Source: Squalus acanthias
Lineage: Eukaryota
Direction of reading: 5' to 3'
Assembly (NCBI GenBank): GCA_030390025.1
Contig: JASTWF010000346.1
Coordinates: 124,001-188,000, forward strand
DNA: 64,000 nt
Position 1 is the stretch's first letter. Every line of letters begins with the position of its first letter. Of the stretch, positions 61,681 to 64,000 are shown piece after piece. Position numbers and translations under genes: made by a program. Below the pieces are notes generated by a model, which had not been told where the DNA came from, did not search any database, and saw nothing but the letters and a program-made list of their open reading frames with translations.

Positions 61681-63342
61681 TGTAGAATTCGCAATTATCA
61701 CGATTTGATTAATAAGGAGAAAACACAAAGTTTCGTTCAAACAGCCTTTATTTTCAGCAGAATGCTGTCAGGTTTAAATTGGACACAAGCAGCCTGTAAA
61801 ATGGCCGCCGCACCTCGTGACAGAACATTCTAGACTTTTCAACAGGCAGACAAGATGGCGTTCCATTAAACATTTTTTGCAGGATCGATAACGATTCAGC
61901 ACAGTGAAGATAATACACGAGACATTGTGGGTTTACAGTATAAACATAGATACTGGAATCGGTCTCCCAGGTGCAAAGGAAAGCCATTGTACCAAGTACT
62001 CAAGGGCCCATCCAAAAGACATTAATATGTAAACTCCCAACGGCTCTACGATGAGAGAGCCGTTAGCAGGTAGTTATACAGGACACTTGGAAGCCCCAAA
62101 CCCCTCCAGGGAGAACACCGACCGATTTAACAATGGGAGAAGTATTAACAGGTACTCAAACATTCATGAGTAGCCCCGAAACCCATTAAGGACGGAGATC
62201 ACCCACACAAGACATTTGGGCGCCAAACCCTAAACAAAAGAATGGACATTATAGTTGGGCGGGAAACGGAAGATTTTTGCACTATAATTGCAGGCCCCAA
62301 ACCGTCCATTCGCTCTCTTGCTGCTTGCCTCTTGTTCGTGCTCCTGCGTTCGCTCGATTGCTCCTGTGTTTTATCCGGTCGATTCGTAACCTCGTGGCTG
62401 CTCCTGTGTAAAAGACTGTTGAACTTTCTGATCCGTTCGGATCTACCTCGTGTCGCGTAACGAAGACCTATGTTGGTAACTGGCAGCGGAACCAAAGGCC
62501 CGAGATGAGATGAGATGAGATGAGATGAGAGGAGAAGAGAAGAAGACCATATCCATCGCCACGGTCAGTAAATCCCGACCGCGCCTGTAGGTCGATCAGC
62601 CAAGTCTTCTCGACAGGAAGTTTTCTTCTTTAACAAAACATATTGCATCAATGATAACTGGACTGTGTAAACACATCGTATCAGTGATATTGACAACGGT
62701 GTTCCAAGATTAAACTTTGAAGCCCACCAACAGAGGTCTTCACTACAGCGGACGGTCCAGCCGACTAGCCGAGCAGCAGAAGCAGGAAACAAGTGGGACC
62801 AGGAGATCTCCTGACCAACACGTGGGTGCTGCGGTGAAAAACATCCGATCAGCTATTCGGGATTTCTCCGAGTTATTACGAGTGGTGAGCATGAGTCTCG
62901 AGATCCTACGAAGCTAGTTTAGGATAGATATTGATAGGGGAGGGTTTAAAGATTAAGGATATTTGTAATGTGTGCCCTATTTACGTTGTGCCGTTCGTTC
63001 CTCGTTTCCCTAAGAGTGATTATAACTGTTTGTAAGATTGTACTGTCATTAATCTGTGCGTATGACATGTATTTCATAATTTTAAGTATCATGCAATAAA
63101 GATTTTCCATTTCGTACCGTTCAAACCAAGTCTACATGAGTTTTATCTCCATTACTGCTCTCACATCTAAGTCCAGTGTCTAGAACCGTAAGGGAGAGTG
63201 ATTCGAACCACTCACAGGGGTGTCTAGTGTTCCCAAACTGGCTGGAGACCAGGCCTAGACCCGCACTGACATACAGGCTGCACAGAGCCGCGTGAATCTC
63301 ACAGGCTACGAGACACGCAGGGTCAGGAGAGAATCCCCTACA
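61681..63342 (+). mobile_element. 5' LTR (copy C) of a provirus/LTR retroelement continuing beyond the window
   Basis: TGTAG...CTACA; followed by GAAAA, a PBS and an ORF rather than a repeat of the left flank GACT. Confidence 0.93.
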
Positions 63343-63347
63343 GAAAA

Positions 63348-63367
63348 TGGCGACCGCGGCAGGACTC
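63348..63367 (+). promoter_or_regulatory. Primer-binding site, tRNA-Arg(TCG)
   Basis: TGGCGACCGCGGCAGGACTC is the reverse complement of GAGTCCTGCCGCGGTCG-CCA, the recalled 3' end of vertebrate tRNA-Arg(TCG). Confidence 0.85.
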
Positions 63368-63400
63368 TGGCAGCGAGAGGGTAGTGTGTTAGATTATGGA

Positions 63401-64000
63401 ATGACTGTACGAAATGTGATGCAGGAAAAGATAGCGGATTACGTATTTGGAAAGGTTAATCTAACTAAAAAGTGGATAAGCGAATTGTTAGCGGATAAGA
63501 GCCCACTAGAGGCAGCTGAAAGGTGGACTGATAGTAAGGAGCATAAAAAGGCAGTTGAGAAAGCAGTCTGGCTTATGTGCTACAAAAGGCAGGTTCAGAT
63601 TTCAAACCAGACCAATACAGCGCTAACCGCTCGAATCAAGCAGTCAGAGGAGGAAATGGAGGAGAAGGTTTCTGGAGGGGAGGCGCTCATTAAGAGTTTA
63701 AATGAGTTACGCCAGGAAAGCCAGGAAGTCTCCAGTTACCTTAAAACAAGGGTAGAGTATCTCGAGTGCCAGATCACTGAAGCAAAATTGAACGAGAGTA
63801 GGATGAAGGAAAGATGTAACCGCCAAGCTGCCCAGATAAGAACTCAAGAAGAGAGCTTAATGGGGGTTAGGTCGGCGTATAAGTTGGCCCTTGAGGATAA
63901 GTTTCAGGGAGCCGACCATAGCGCCTGCCAAAAAGAGATAGAGAGCCTCAAAAAGGCCGTGAATAATGCGAACGGCATGGTGTGCCTTATTAATCCGTCG
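63401..64000 (+). CDS. gag: gag-like ORF, N-terminal 200 codons, open to the window end
   Basis: Hand translation MTVRNVMQEKIADYVFGKVNLTKKWISELLADKSPLEAAERW...RIKQSEEEMEEKV...DHSACQKEIESLKKAVNNANGMVCLINPS has no stop. It is called gag from its position after LTR+PBS, not from a recognised motif. Missing from the ORF track because no stop falls in the window. Confidence 0.78.
   Translation, partial: MTVRNVMQEKIADYVFGKVNLTKKWISELLADKSPLEAAERWTDSKEHKKAVEKAVWLMCYKRQVQISNQTNTALTARIKQSEEEMEEKVSGGEALIKSLNELRQESQEVSSYLKTRVEYLECQITEAKLNESRMKERCNRQAAQIRTQEESLMGVRSAYKLALEDKFQGADHSACQKEIESLKKAVNNANGMVCLINPS

Noticed and set aside
59731..63342. LTR B and LTR C (or A and B) as the two LTRs of one element
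   Set aside because: A and B each have their own TSD, the DNA between B and C is CR1, and only C is followed by a PBS.

Overview
Vertebrate genomic DNA, most likely from a cartilaginous fish judging by repeat content and B30.2 type. About 42.5 kb on the + strand is the 3' part of a butyrophilin-like gene. It has IgC (4978-5259), transmembrane (14380-14499), two micro-exons (20255-20287, 26444-26470) and a B30.2/PRY-SPRY exon (46972-47468), all joined by phase-1 GT-AG junctions. The leader and IgV exons are not in the window, and the last B30.2 strand appears frameshifted. Introns and flanks are dense with retroelements: CR1 LINEs, a second CR1/L2-group LINE family with a tRNA-like head and a SINE derived from it, L2 and RTE fragments, a Penelope element with a hammerhead core, Deu-type SINEs, Harbinger and hAT MITEs, and a solo LTR. 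Downstream lie three minisatellites and a deeply nested LTR cluster. In it, a Gypsy element with a tRNA-Trp primer-binding site (PBS) has its gag fused in frame to a CR1 reverse transcriptase (RT). There are also three same-orientation copies of a ~1.7-kb LTR: two solo LTRs with 4-bp target-site duplications (TSDs) and one 5' LTR followed by a tRNA-Arg PBS and an open coiled-coil gag-like ORF that runs off the window. Most ORFs in the supplied track are LINE fragments or their antisense frames. Family assignments and tRNA matches come from recalled knowledge, not from searches.
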